DNA of 62,516 nucleotides, the filler included, from Sphacelaria rigidula (taxonomy: Eukaryota): the NCBI GenBank assembly GCA_964200075.2. It is 7 parts of 7 records of this genome, joined end to end, with 100 filler letters (N's around TTAATTAATTAA, not from the genome) between each part and the next. Parts side by side here need not be neighbours in the genome. Positions count along the whole stretch, not along the records: positions 17,893 to 26,738 come from CAXNAA020009953.1; positions 26,839 to 35,683 come from CAXNAA020009954.1; positions 35,784 to 44,628 come from CAXNAA020009955.1; 4 more parts are not named here. One strand, given 5' to 3'. Under the pieces are notes generated by a model. The model did no database searches, was not told where the DNA came from, and was given only the letters and a program-made list of their open reading frames with translations. Below, in pieces: positions 23,316 through 36,844 of this stretch (its first letter is position 1; every line of letters starts with the position of its first letter). The position numbers were made by a program, and so were the translations under genes.

Positions 23316-26300
23316 TCATATGTTATCGGATTCACCTTGAGCCGGAGATGATGTGGCTCGATAGATCTAACCTCCTTAACTTTGCCTTCTCGCCCATGCG
23401 CTCGAGTCAGCCACGCCATAGCCTCCACAAGCACCCGCAAACACTCAAGGGCCACCTGTACATACGCGAATTTGGTGAGGTCGATGTACACTAGAGTAGA
23501 CGGAAACGTCAGAAATACTCCGTGTTCGTAGGAAGAAAGCAGTACACTGTTGGGCCAAATAGTATCATAAAAGGCATCCCAACCCCCTCTTTCCCGATGG
23601 CTGAGCTCCCTTCCTCAGGTCCGTAGAAACTTGTCTCCATCCTTTCTGTTCCTCTACATCATGTCCCACCGCACATGGCCCCAGCGCACCACTCGACCCC
23701 TTACTCGAAAAAACGAAACAAGAACAGCGGAGCAATTTCAAACCTTCCCAAGAAGTAGTACCGAAACCACGCTCCCTCGATGAATGGATGCCGATATATA
23801 GCAACACCATACGTCCCCATAACGCGCATAGTCTTCTCCTAAATGTAAGCACGAGACATTTCCCCTTCTCATCTCTTCCCCCCCTCGCGTGAGCCCCGTC
23901 GTGAAGTTCTCGAGCCCCAACACACCTCTTCGGAGCCCGGATGATCACCGGCGTTTTGCTCCAGCAGGATCCGGATGCCCTTAAAAATAGCTGCAGCATC
24001 TGGAGGTATGTCCCGCGCAGCATGACGAGGTGATGATGTCGATGTACTGCGAGAGGACCCGGGTTCTTCATGCCATATCCCTATCGAATCGCCCGTGCTG
24101 AGTTCGTCTCTAGTGAGGAGAGACCGAATGCGGCCCAGGGATGCAAGGTTTGCAGCTGCTGCTGGTGGCAGGGTTTGATGGTGCTGGGATGAGGCGTGTC
24201 CTGTACGTCGTTGAGCCACGAAATAGCAACGTTGTGGCTAAGAATGACCATGATGTAGTCCGGTTGTCGACTCTCGTCCACACTTATTCTAAGTTACACG
24301 GCGGTCGGTACTTCAAACGCTCAACTGTTCAAGGCTATCAGGTTGGCGCGAGGAGTGTCCACCTCAGGGCACGTGATGAAAAAAGTCGTTTCTAAACGCG
24401 GGGAATACATTGCGAGTTGAGTGGCTCAATTTCGAGCCTTAAGCTGAGGTTGAAGTGTAGACATTCGTCCACACACTTTGATGCTGAGAATTACGTCCAA
24501 CACAAACTGATGTTGTCTTCAACGTACAAGTAAATATCACGGCATAATGGTTTTGGTTAGCAAAGAGTCAAGCAGCAAGCACGGAATCATCAAGGACAAA
24601 ATCAATCGATGGCAGCCATCGACAAAAAGTGTTTTTAGACCAAGCGTCATGTCACCGTCCTTCCGGAAGAAAACATCTCTCCTCCCAGAACTTGACAGGA
24701 GGCGACAACATACAACTCAGGCAACAATTGACTGATGGAACACTTTCCTCGGTTCAACTTGCCAATGATTCACGTCCGATATCGTAGATTGCATGGCTTA
24801 CCAGTGTTGTTCCTGGTCTCCTCGCCGAATCCTTCAGATGGAACAGTAACTAGACCATGCCCGAGACGATCAAGCAACTGCATGGTTCCGCTACTCGAAG
24901 ACCGTCGGTGACCTTCGACTCTGTGGCTATCCCCCATGGGTTACTGAGGTATCGTAGTGGCTGCAGATTGAGCCTCTAGGGCAACACGCTGCAGCAGATC
25001 CGCACAAGGGCTGGCATACGCGACAGACGTAACTAGCTCTTGGTGTCGTAGCTTGCGTACATTGAGCCTGATGAGGCTTGTACGGTGGTGATGGGCACAT
25101 CAAGGGGGCGACGGCGTGCCGGTATCGCCGGAAGCCACGTACGCTGAGGGACAACACGCGTCCTCGATGGAGCCGATTCAAGGTGAGTTGGATACTTGTG
25201 CAACATGGAACATCGAGTCCACGGACACACCTGCACCAGCTGCTGAGTTCCGGCGCAGATTCATTTCCTGTGTACACCGTTGTGTTGTTGGCAAGAACGA
25301 AAAGAACGCAGGAGCACCGTCATTGACCGACAGTGCACATATTTCGAAGTACACGATTTGTAAGGCACCTGCGGTGATATCCATGCGCAAGTATCCGATT
25401 TCGCCTAGAGTAATCGTAGGCAAGAACGCACCCAAGCCAGAATGCTATCGCGGATAGTGTGATGCCGCCAGTCTTGATCAACATCTACGTTGGACTGTCT
25501 GTCTGCACTAGCATATGGGGTTAATCCGTCGTTCACACGTGGTTGTCTGCACAACTTCATGCACGGTACTCTATTGTGCGGTAGTGTACCGTACCGCGTC
25601 CACGAAAAGTTCAAGACCGGCGACAGTACACCGTTTAGTAGCCATATGCGGCAATGCTTGGAGGGACCAGCAAAATTCAATCGGAGACACGAAAAAGCAC
25701 GGAAACTGTCACAGCACTCACACGGGCCTAGTCCAATTCTAGCACGTCCTCTCAACTTGTCTTGGGACCCACCACGGCAGCGCCTAAGATCTCGGGAGGT
25801 GGTTATGTATCGCTGTATCTTGATGTTGGCTGAATCCTGGACAGTCTTCGTGGTGCGTTCTATGTTTACTGTATACTTCCGTAGCGAGCGACGAAACCTA
25901 GAGATCCACACTTGGAGCGCACAACGTCTGGATAAATGCTTGAGCATAGAACATGCAGAGCGTACAAATCCAAGCAACTCTCGATAAGCAGAGTCAGTTG
26001 ACCCACCCAAAATACACGTACGATGCTTCTGATTTCACCGCAAATCAGTCGATACGCGAAAATTATTGGTCAGTACAGTATAATTTTCCCCGAAGTCATT
26101 GGTGAAGGTCGCTGTCATTAATTTGTATCGCGGGAGGTACACTCTTTTCAGTTGCGACGAGGATGACGTACGTAGAAGCTGTAGAGGCGAAACTAAAAAT
26201 GTTGTGCCCGCACCCTATGTTAAGATCAGGCACGCGGTTCAAGCTGTTCGCGCGTCCAGTGACGTCGAACGAAGGGTATATTGTATAACCTACACGGTTC

Positions 26301-26344
26301 TGCGTGTCGACCGCGGGTCTGATTATGGCCAATTGCACTTGTAG

Positions 26345-26550
26345 CAGCATGGGGAAACATGGAATACGAACCAGGGGCACGCTGTGACAAGTTGATCCTG
26401 GCAGCATCAAACATGATGCGCTTTATCGATCCATACGCTGTAGCTCTGAGCATGTTAATTGGTTCTGTGGGATTCGGAATGACCTACTTCTTCAACACCA
26501 ACTTCTCTACCTGGGGAATGCAGGAGATCGGATATCCTGCCATGGCGATG
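26345..26550 (+). CDS. Internal exon of a membrane protein (possibly MFS transporter); upstream exon ends at 25182
   Basis: Acceptor TTGTAG|, donor |GTACGT; hydrophobic helix PYAVALSMLIGSVGFGMTYFFNTNFSTWGMQEIGY; splice from CAAG|GTGAGT (25182) is in phase (QAAWGNMEY). Confidence 0.5.
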
Positions 26551-26738
26551 GTACGTTGTATAGCACCCCTACCCCGAAAGTAGCGCAAGAAGTAAGCAGT
26601 GCATCCCCAGTAAGGAAAGGAGCGAGCGTGGGTTGTAGCAGACGGGGGGCGGGGGGCGGGGGGGGGGGGGGGGGGGGTCTGGTTCGAGAAAAAGGGTGAT
26701 GGTGTGGGGGGGTGGGGGGCCCGAAATCACGAAAGAAA

Positions 26739-26838
26739 NNNNNNNNNNNNNNNNNNNNNNNNNNNNNNNNNNNNNNNNNNNNTTAATTAATTAANNNNNN
26801 NNNNNNNNNNNNNNNNNNNNNNNNNNNNNNNNNNNNNN
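26739..26838. other. Artificial contig linker
   Basis: Same 100-nt spacer. Confidence 0.98.
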
Positions 26839-27819
26839 GCGTAACGTAAGTGTGGAAGGATGTCTGGCACACTTATGAGCCTCGTTTTTCGGGCAACCAA
26901 ATACCCCCCCCCCCTATCGTAGGATGACTCGATTGGTATACATGGCTTGAAAAGCGGTTTGAGCCATGAATTTTTTTTCAGTATGCTCGTGAGTTGAGTG
27001 GCGCAATGAGGCTTTGAAGCTTCCACGAGAAAGAGGTGTGCAATGCATACGTTTTTTACGGAGCTGAATAAGCAAGGGACCAGCTGCGTTCTAGACGTGA
27101 TGGATACTTATTTTATTCTAGTTTCAGGTATATTGCTTGGCTGTTGCATTCCGTTGCGCAGGTGTTGAACGTACGAAAGAGCAATTTGTATGTTGAACGG
27201 TATCGAATGCGAGATAAGATTTTGCCACGATGGTTTTAAAATTTGAAGTTCGTCTACGTTTGAGATTTCTTTGCCGGTTTGGAGTCAAGAGACTTGCTTG
27301 GGGCATGGGTTTGAGAATTGGGCGTCAGCTGTCGCTGCGTGACTGGGAGCGATGCAAGTAGCGTGACTACGTGTTCATGATGGACGTTTTGGATCTCTTG
27401 CGAGTAGTTCGGAAATTGGACAGATTGATTGATTGATTATCTCACATTAGCTGATTGCAACAATCCAGCCTGTGGTCAGGAGCAGCAAAAAAAAACAGAA
27501 TAATAAAAAAATACAATGGAGAAAAAATGAAACAGAAAAACGACAGAAGCAACTGCCTCAGAAAGGAAAGAAAGGGGGCAGCGATAACAACAAAAAATTC
27601 CACCACCACCACCACGACCAACAACAGCAACAAACAATAACAGGAACAAACAACAGCGGTAACAACAAAATAACGACTTGTATGGCTGTTATCGTATACT
27701 GCGGTAGGGATTGCCATTCGAGGCGGAAATTGACGGTAGACTTCGGCAAAAATAGTGTCTGAGTTTACCAAGCTCTAGTTTGACTACTTGGTGGTAGTAA
27801 GCGAGCTTTGGGGGTACTG

Positions 27820-27893
27820 TAGTCTCCGGGCAACATTGTTACCGTGGTTCGGTACATGGCTTCAGTGGAGAAAATGCATAGCAGGCGTTTATA
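27820..27893. mobile_element. 74-bp short interspersed repeat / mini-MITE
   Basis: Near-identical to 46118-46191 on another contig (TAGWCTCCGGGCAACATTGTTACC...ATAGCAGGCGTTTATA). Confidence 0.75.
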
Positions 27894-28126
27894 GGCTTGC
27901 TCCCTCACCAGGGCCTGGAGACTTCAAGACAGTTGTCATTCATAAACACACAGCCTTCGTTATCGGAAGTAACCACATACGTGAAGCATGTGATGTTCAA
28001 ATCCACATAGTCTGCCGATCAGACCCGCAAGTCCGTCAACCAATAGAAAACGCCTAGAGCAGATTGTTCCACTTGTAGATCATCATGAACCTGCACGTAC
28101 GTGTACTGGAGGTGGACTACTCTACA
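27894..28126 (-). repeat. 3' LTR (partial) of Gypsy 1
   Basis: ~11 mismatches over 233 bp vs 33575-33807 (manual count); starts TGTAGAG right after the G-rich PPT. Confidence 0.9.
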
Positions 28127-31100
28127 GCACCCCCCAAAACTCCGCACTACTCGAAGTAGAACGCGAGTTTGACAAAACAGTAGACCCCGAGTATCACGTA
28201 TGCTACCTTTGTCCCCTCGGTAGTGACACACGACCTTGTACTGTCATGTTCCACAAAAACAGTAACGTGAACATCGACACTCAACGCCAGTGTCTCAAGC
28301 GAACTCAGGAAAATCAACCATTCTCCAACGGTAATTTCCACGTAAGCATTCTCACATAAAGCAAAGGTGTCAAGTGTAGTACCATCTTAACCAGTAGCAT
28401 TCGATATCATCATATTTTCAAAGCTTCATACCATACTTTGCCTGCAAACGTGCTCGCACCTTTTTTGTTAGTCCCAACTTACGCAGCTCAGATTTTGCAA
28501 GTCGCGGGGCTCCGTCCAAAGTATTTTCCAGAGGCTCCTACGAGTTTTCATCTTTGCCAAATCTGACCCACTCCACTTGTACATAAAATCCATCTCCTGC
28601 CTCGTCCTCAGATATACCGACAATAGCCGCCATCTCGAACTCGCCTTGTGCAAAAGCATACTGGAACACCTCCTTAACATCAGCCGTAATCTTCAGCTCC
28701 TTGTCCGCATAAAATCGAAAGCGGGCGATATGCACATCCTGTACCTCGCCTTTCACAATGTTCTGTACCCCGTACACATGTTATTGTTCCGCCGTCACAA
28801 TCCGCCGAGGCCCCGTCCACGTACTCACAAGCTCCGGCGTGGTTCCCGAACGCCTCACCCTCGCCGCCAGCACGTAATCGCCCACCACAAAGTTAGGAAG
28901 CTTCCCCTTACTAGCCACACGTCTCTGTAGATCGCGATTCTTGTCGACACGCTGCGCCACCTTCTTGTGCAACTCTTGCTGAGCCTCAACGATTGACGTC
29001 ACCTGTCGTCTCAAAGCGTCTTCGTCAAGCACATCGACGCTCCATTCGCCCCCAGTTGACGATGCCAGAGTAGAGAAACTGGTGCGCGGTGCCCGGCCAA
29101 ACATAACACGGTCTGGCGTGCTAGCATAACGCTCTCGGAAAGCAGTGTTCAATGCCCACTGCACTGCAGGTACCAAACTCACCCATATACGAACATCACG
29201 CCTTTCCTCTTGCAACATTGCCTTCAAGGTACGAACAATCTCACGCATCATTCGCTCACAGATACCATTAGACCATGGCGCGTTAGAAACCGCGAATCAG
29301 CGATCCATCTTCAGCGCTTTCTCAAGCGATGCCGTATCGCTGACCCATACCTCTGGCGACCCCAGCGTTTTGCACCATGTCAACAGATGCTTCACCGTCG
29401 TGGCCGCCGTACAAGACTCCGTGGGCTCCAACCACACGAAGTTGCACAAATCGTCCATCATGACTAAGATATACTTGAACCCATCTCCTTCGTCCAAGCC
29501 ACTAGTTCCAAGGGGGCCACTCTCGCCAACGTAGAGAAAATCAAAATGCAGCACCTCCTCTGGGCGGGTACCATCATGCACCGTCTCCCCGAAGGGACGC
29601 GGGATCCTCTCCCCCGCCTTGAAATCCAAACAGTGCAGGCATTGCTTCACAAACTCAGTCACATGAGTCTCCATCCGGAACCAACAGCAATACTCTTGTA
29701 AGCGCTGTAAAGTTGCCACAACCCCTCGCTGATCAGCCCCTTTCATGTGAGCGCATACCATCAAGCGTGTTTGTAGTTCTCTCGCTTCCGGTGGGATCCA
29801 CAGTACATCCCTTCCTGGAACATGCACGCGAAATAAACCCTCATCGTCTTTGAAGACACGCTCAACAGCGGCAGTAAACGTCTCGGCCCCATCAACCATA
29901 CCTTCTAACCCCTCACGGGCTTGCTCTTGGGCTTCACGAACGGCCTCTTTCGACGGTAGCATCTCGTCCGGCTCTCCATTTGCAAAAACAGCGATGGCTC
30001 TCACGGATACCGCTGGAACGTTCACCCATCGGGACAGTAGATCTCCCCAGCAGTTACGCTCCCCAGAAATATGCCTGATTGAATGATCATACTGCTCGAG
30101 TACAGTCTTCCACTATTCAAGACGCTGGGCGGCAGTTTTCGCCAGTGTGGGCACACAGGCTTCTTTCTTCGGGATCAAAAACATAAGCGAGATTGCGATG
30201 GTCCGTAAATATGGTCACTCCTCCCCTCAAAAGGTACTCCAACCTACGAAACGTACTCACGATGGCATATCCTTCCTTGTCCACCGTAGCTCACCGCAAC
30301 TGCGCTCCTCGAAACGTCCCACTAAAAAATCCCAGGGGCTCATGACTCATGTCCTCCACCGCTATATTACGGTCCAATTCAGCGCTCGGTACCTGGGTCA
30401 CGAAACTACCCCAATGAAGATCCGACGCGTCTGGAAACATCATCACCTCATAGCCCTCCTTGGGATGTGACAGGGCAACAGCATGTGCCACCAAATCTTG
30501 CGCCGCTGTCCAAGCTTGCGCACGCTAAAACGTCCACGCCGCTTCCTTGATTGTTCTGTTTGAAGCAACCTGCTTTGTACGACGCACGTTGCCCACCATA
30601 TGCTCCTCGAGCAAAAGACGAAGTGGCTCCACCACTTCAGCCAGGCACGGAAAAGACGTCCGCAGCCAAGTCACCGCTTGCAAAAATTGCATCAACTCGC
30701 CCGCGGTTCGAGGACGCCTCATATTCGCCAAACCGCTCAGCCGCTCCCTGTCGTGAGCCACCTGCCCACCTGAGAGAACTTTCCCGCACCACGTAATTTG
30801 CGTATCATAAAACATACACTTGTGTGCAGCCGCAAAAAGACCAGCATCCTCGAGGCGACTTAAAATCGCATTCAGCATGCACAGTAAGTCATCTTCATTT
30901 GCCCCCCACCACAAGATGTCATCTACCCACACCTTACATGGAAGTCCAGTTAATAGCTTCGTCATAGTACCCTGAAAATACCCCGTAGCGTTGAGTACTC
31001 CTTAAGGCACGCGCGTAGGCGTGAATAACCCGTCAGGGGTTGAAATAGTGAAGATTTCTTGGGCATCTGCCGCCAAAGGCATCTGCCAGTATCCCTGCAG

Positions 31101-33437
31101 TATGTCTAGCTTTCCAAAACAAGCAGCCCCTTACAAATCCGCCATCTCCGCTTCTTGGTTTGGCATCACAGTCAGCACTTTCTCAATCTGCTTAGTAACG
31201 GCACGGTAATCACTCACCAGTCTGAAACCGCTTTTTTTAGGCGTTGCAACAGCCGCGCTCGCCCATACTGCCTGCAAACTGCGATACACGAGCCCGAGCG
31301 CCACCAACGTCGCCATGCAACGTGCCAACCATGCCATGTATTGGAGAGTATGCTCACGGCCTAGCCTTAACTGCCGTAGCACCAGGTTTGAATGTCACCT
31401 TGAGAGGCTCGACACGAGCGGGCGGATCACCACGTAGCGCTCGCCAAAAAGCATTCGCACGGCGGTTTACAAGCTCGCGAAGCTTGGCCACGCCGCTCGC
31501 GGATATACCATTCTTGGCAGCTGCTAGTACCGCTTCCTCCAGCGCGATCTTACGCTCAACCAGCTCTTTTTTGGGGGTCATACTCATCTCCGGACCGCGC
31601 GACACCAGCCGCTCGACTGAGGGATCCACGGGCTCCTCTCGATCACCTTGGTGCTGCAGAGCCTCAACCGCGATGTTGATACGTCGACAATGATTGAATT
31701 CAGGCGTGTCTACACCACGCACCGAAATGTTTCTCGCCCGTGCACAGGCACCTAAACTACTGTACACGTCGATACCAAGCTCCTCTAGCATAGGGCTCCC
31801 CATGATAATGACATCATCGGTACCCGGCATGACCGCATAGGAGCATGGGTCCGATTCAACCGGACCCCAGCTGGTGTGCAAAGCGGTTCGGACAGGGCAA
31901 GTTTTCTGCTTCACGCGCTCGACATTGCCATTTGCCAATTTCACCAACTGTTCACCAGCCATCAGTCTCACCACTTGGACATCTGGAACCATGGCTTGCA
32001 ATTTCGCCGCCACACCAGCTGACATGGTCGTAAGTCCAGATCCTGAATCTAAAATAGCCTTGACCGGACAAAGACCCTTTGCCCCTGCACTCGGGACAGA
32101 CAAGTCGGCAAGACACCACCTTTCCTTGTTATCTACTTGCAGACCCTCAGATTGAAAACCTGACACCTCACCCGCTTTGAGCGATCTCCATGCTGGTACC
32201 GCCGCAGAGCTCGAACCCGAGAAAGAGTGCGATGAGATGGTCTGCTGCACGCCACCAGAAAAACCGACCGGTTCTGGTGGCAACGTCGCCCCCCCCGCTG
32301 GGAGCACTTTGTCCATCGGCTAAAAAGATAGCCCTTGTAGGAGCAGGACTCGTGCCCCCTCCGCGAGGCAGCTGTCCAGGGCCCTGCGACAGGTGCTGTT
32401 GTTGCTGCTGCTTGTCGCCAGCCTCCGTCTGCTCACCGTCACTACGTTGTGTAGCAGTAGCCTGGCCTTGCTGCTTGCAATCCTCCCGGGAATGGCCCTT
32501 GTTTCCACATATGAAACATCCTGCATAATTTGGGGCTGGTTTGCGGGTTTTCCCGAAACTGGCAGTCCCATTTCCACTGCTCGCCTGTTTTCCACCATTT
32601 GGTTGGCGCTTGCTTCCGGAGGTCCCGCTACCACACCTTTGTTTCAGCTGCGGCTGCTGACGGCGCTGCTTATCCGCTGCTTCCACCGTCTTACATGCCT
32701 CCGCTGCTTCCCGAGCCGTGTTAAACACAAGCCCAGGGTCCTCTTTCCACCCCCCCTCCATGTTCAACATGTTGAGGACTTTAGTTTTGAATTCGGGGGG
32801 GGTGAGTCCATTCAACATTTCCCGCGTTATGATTTGGGCCGGTCCTGGTTTGAAACCTGCATCATCGCGGAACGCACGCTCAGCACTAGTATTCTCTGCA
32901 AAAAAATCCTCCAGGGCACCCCATTGCCCTTCTACTCTTCCCATTGCAGTTTGCTCGTTGCGGGCAGCCAACGCTTTCCGCACACCAGCAGCAGTAACTG
33001 AAGGATCAATCTCTTCATCCTGCTAACATTTCGCGTGTCGGCCTAGTGCCTGCTTGAGGTCATTTTCGTCAAGCACGGATCCGTAAAAAATCGTGCGTGA
33101 CAAACACACACGGATTTACCTCGGCACCAGATCAGTAACAGTCAGTAAGACGGCCTGCATGCTACGTCCTTTGTTGTTCATTCTGACCGCCTCTTTATAC
33201 TCGACGTATTTCCGATAAAAACGTCGGGACGCATTTTCGCTAAAATGCCGTCCGTACTATGGGGCTTTCAGCGATCCTGCAGGCATAAGCTCAGTGAACT
33301 TCAACTTCACCTCTTTACCTGCATCGCCATCACCCCCTCTCTTGCGCGTTGCCATAGCTGCTCGCAACAGTTCCAGCCAACCTAGCCGTCTCTCCGTTGT
33401 CAGTGAGCTCCCTCACGTTACAAAGTGCACACTCCTG

Positions 33438-33807
33438 TGTACAAATTTTTAGATAATTTCTCCGCAGCTGCCCACAGCTGCAAAACCTCTTCCAGAAACC
33501 AGCGGGTTCCTCTTAATAAACGTTTATTATGGAGCCCTTCTGGACTCAGAACAAGGTCACAAAATTGCTCCAAGGGCTTTCTCCCTCACCAGGGCCTAGA
33601 GACTTCAAGACAGTTGTTATTCATAAACACACAGCCTTCGTTATCGGAAGTAACCACATGCGTGAAGCATTTGATGTTCAAATCCACATAGTCTACCGAT
33701 CAGACCCGCAAGTCCGTCAACCAATAGAAAACGCCTACAGCAGATTATTCCAGGTGTAGATCGTCATGAACCTGCACGTACGTGTACTGGAGGTGGACTA
33801 CTCTACA
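33438..33807 (-). repeat. 5' LTR of Gypsy 1
   Basis: TGTAGAG...TGTACA on the minus strand; inner boundary approximate. Confidence 0.8.
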
Positions 33808-35293
33808 GTCCTCGTCATTCCACACGTACATCGGAGCCATCTCCTTCGTGACCCGCAAATATACCCACGATGGCCTTCATCTCATACTCTACGTGAACAT
33901 ATGCATGCTGGAACACCTCCTTCAGATCCGCAGTGACCTCCAGTTCTTTGTCCGCATAGTACCGAAGACGTGCGACATGCGCTTCCTTGACCTCGCCATT
34001 CACGATATTCTGAATCTCGTAGACATATTTCTGCTCCGCTGTCACGATCCTCCAAGGCCCTGTTCACGTACTTACGAGTTTCGGCGTTGTTCCTGAGCGC
34101 CTAATCCTCGCAGCCAACGCATGATCACCCACCATGAAAATTTGGCGACCGCCCCTTACTGACAACACGTCGTTGCAATTCACGAATCTTCTCAACACGC
34201 TGCGCCACCTCCTTGTGCAACGCTTGCTGCGCCCCCACGACTGATGCCACCTTCTCCCGCAGCATGTCATTATCCAGCACATCAAGTCGTCACTCGCCGC
34301 CAGTCGACGATGCCAGGGTTGAAAAACTTGTGCGCGGCGCCCGTCCAAACATCACATGGTATGGCGTACTGGCGTAGCGCTCGCGGAATGCCGTGTTCAA
34401 TGCCAACTGTACCGCAGGCACCAGTCCCACCCAGTCACGAACGTCGCGCCTCTCTTCTTGGAGCATAGCCTTCAAAGTAAGGACAACCTACCGCATCATC
34501 CTTTCACACGTACCATTTGACCACGGCGAGTCGAGAACCGCGAACTCCCTGTCCAGCTTCAGCGCCTTCTCCAGTGCTCGCATCACATGGTTTTTAAAAT
34601 GCGACGCGGTGTCACTAACCCAGACCTCCGGCGGACCCAACGCCTTGCACCACGCCAACAGATGCTGCACTGTCGCTGCAGCTGTACAAGGCTCGGTGGG
34701 CTCCAACCACGCGAAATTGCACAGATCATCCATCATTACAAACATGTACTTGTACCGGTCGCCTTCATTCAGGCCGCTCTCGCCGGTCGCCTTCATTCAG
34801 GCCGCTCTCGCCCAGCGGGCCACTTTCGCCAACGTGCAGATAATCAAAATGTATCACCTCACTGTCTCCCCTAGTGGCCGCGGGACCGTCTCACCCGCTT
34901 TGGAGTCCACACAATGCAAGCATTCCCTCACAAAATCTGTCACTAACAGCAATACTCTTGCAGCCGCTGCAGTGTCACCACAACACCCCGATGGCCCGCC
35001 TCCTTCATGTGAGCACAAACCATCAAGCGTGTTTGCAGCTCTTTTGCTTGCGGGGGGAACCACAACACATTCCGCCCTGTTACATGCACGTGAAATAAAC
35101 CCTCACCGTCTTTCGAAACTCGCCTAATAGCTGCTGGAAAAGTAGGGGCTCCAGCAACCATCACTCCGAACCCGGCTTGAGCCTGCTCTTGGGCCTCACG
35201 AATAGCGTTCTTCGACGGCAGCTTTTCATCAGGCTGACCACTCGCAAACACGGCCGCAGCACGCACAGACACCGCCGGAACGTTTACCCACTG
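33808..35293 (-). mobile_element. Related Gypsy fragment (integrase plus chromodomain), interrupted by Gypsy 1
   Basis: LQTRLMVCAHMKEAGHRG, MMDDLCNFAWLEPT, SPWSNGTCERMMR, HVARLRYYADKEL parallel to 28468-30025. Confidence 0.9.
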
Positions 35294-35352
35294 TGGACTC
35301 CAGCAACCATTGTTACCTAAGGTTAGGGACATTGTGTGGAGTTGCGGGTCTG
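35294..35352. mobile_element. ~59-bp mini-MITE related to 27820-27893
   Basis: TGGACTCCAGCAACCATTGTTACC...GTTGCGGGTCTG; imperfect TIR; shares CATTGTTACC. Confidence 0.55.
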
Positions 35353-35683
35353 ACTGCCGGACTCTGTGATGGGCGACCTCCATAACGTGAGGCTTGGTTT
35401 TGCTACTCTGGTGGAGAGAGGCTATGGTCCTGTTCTCCTCTACTGTGCTGAGGGTCAATATATGAATGACTAAAGCTGCTGAAGTCGATGTGCCTGTGAG
35501 GGGAGGAGTCCATATGGCGATCTGATCTTGAGTGACAGAAGTCTATTCTAAACGTTCATTGAGTCCGCTGAGGCGGTACGTCCGCTGAAAAGCAGCTGAC
35601 ACTTCAAGATAGGGAAGTCTGCAGGCCTGATCAGTTTGCAGCAAACAAGACCAGGTCAAGGCGTGTTGACGTCGCGATGAGTT

Positions 35684-35783
35684 NNNNNNNNNNNNNNNNN
35701 NNNNNNNNNNNNNNNNNNNNNNNNNNNTTAATTAATTAANNNNNNNNNNNNNNNNNNNNNNNNNNNNNNNNNNNNNNNNNNNN
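35684..35783. other. Artificial contig linker
   Basis: Same 100-nt spacer. Confidence 0.98.
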
Positions 35784-36844
35784 CACTCATGCGCCATACA
35801 GGCTATCTCCCAAATCACGCGGTTCCGTAAAAGTAGATCAACTCCCCCCCCCCCCCCCCTCCCCCCCTGCGAGAGCCAATCCGGCAGAGGGCAAGTCGAT
35901 CGTACCAACTCCGTTTGCAAACCCTGCGGTGGGTCTGCTGAGGGCAACTCAGCCTGGATATCGCGTCACGTCACGTCGGCGCTACGATTCATTGATACTT
36001 GGCGGCAAAAACATTTTTTCAGAACAAAATGGGCACCATGGGTGCTGGTCTGTGTGCTTGCCGTATCGACAGTAGTGGCTACAACAACCCAAGATGAGCA
36101 CTTTCCTCATCTCCCACGCCCGACCCTTCAGTGTTGCTGATCGTTTTCGTTGTTGGAGACAACGACACCGAAAGGACGGCGCACGAATTCTGCTGTGGAC
36201 GGGACAGCCCAGAGATGGAGGCGAAGAAGAAAAAGGGGAGTGCGAACTCTGTGTCAATACGAGCAAACAGTCACCAACTTTGTCGAAACACGCTGCGGGC
36301 AATCCCCTCCCGCCGAAAACGACATTTCCGTGTCCCGTTATCCACCCGTCTACACCACCTTCATGAGAGGGGTATCTGACGATCCACCAAGAGAAGCGAC
36401 CAAAGGAAGCAAAGAAAAGAAAAAACAAATCAACACCAAGCTCCTCTCCGCAACGTTTCCCCCGTTTCCCCCCCGGTCCCCCCACCCCCCACATACACAT
36501 TTTATCCACTAGCTATTTCGCTACCCGCTGTTACTCCCCCCGACTGTGCTCTGACGAGCAACTGCAGACGCCTCTTTCACACAATCTCCGGCAGCAAAAG
36601 GCGTGTGGTGTGCGATTAGACTCCGACACACTACATCATGCCAGGCAAGCAGGCAGGCGATTCGCCGTTAGTGAATTGGAGTCAGACCATGTTAGCACGC
36701 ATATTGCAGCCGTGGATCAGATTATTTGACCCCAAGCTTTGCCGAGATGATGGCAGACACGGTGGCGCTGAGGGATGATAGCCGAGGTAGCGATGTACAG
36801 CGACGGGATAAAAAAATACAAGGAATTTCAAGCACCAGCGAACG

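Larger units (their letters stand above)
18013..24219 (-). pseudogene. Multi-exon gene relic with HEAT/ARM-like exons and long low-complexity exons
   Basis: Exons with GT-AG borders, e.g. 23336-23455 (VALECLRVLVEAM...), ~21702-21815 (EQLPDIAAILVDQLVHHGMEHDDATIRLWS), 20731-20808 (VQDVDDPVVDAAVETLRRL); donor at 19368; several in-frame stops in 19747-20319. Confidence 0.4.
27894..33807 (-). mobile_element. Ty3/Gypsy chromodomain LTR retrotransposon, near full length, decayed
   Basis: 5' LTR ~33438-33807; gag from ATG 33355 with CFICGNKGHSREDC; protease ILDSGS; RT KVWVDDI; RNase H FPDASDLHWG; integrase HFDFL/MDDL; chromodomain FYVQVEW; PPT 28127-28140; truncated 3' LTR 27894-28126. Confidence 0.95.

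Noticed and set aside
26643-26720. G-runs as G-quadruplex or telomere-like sequence
   Set aside because: Irregular homopolymer at a contig end; likely low-complexity or low-quality sequence, with no telomeric repeat unit
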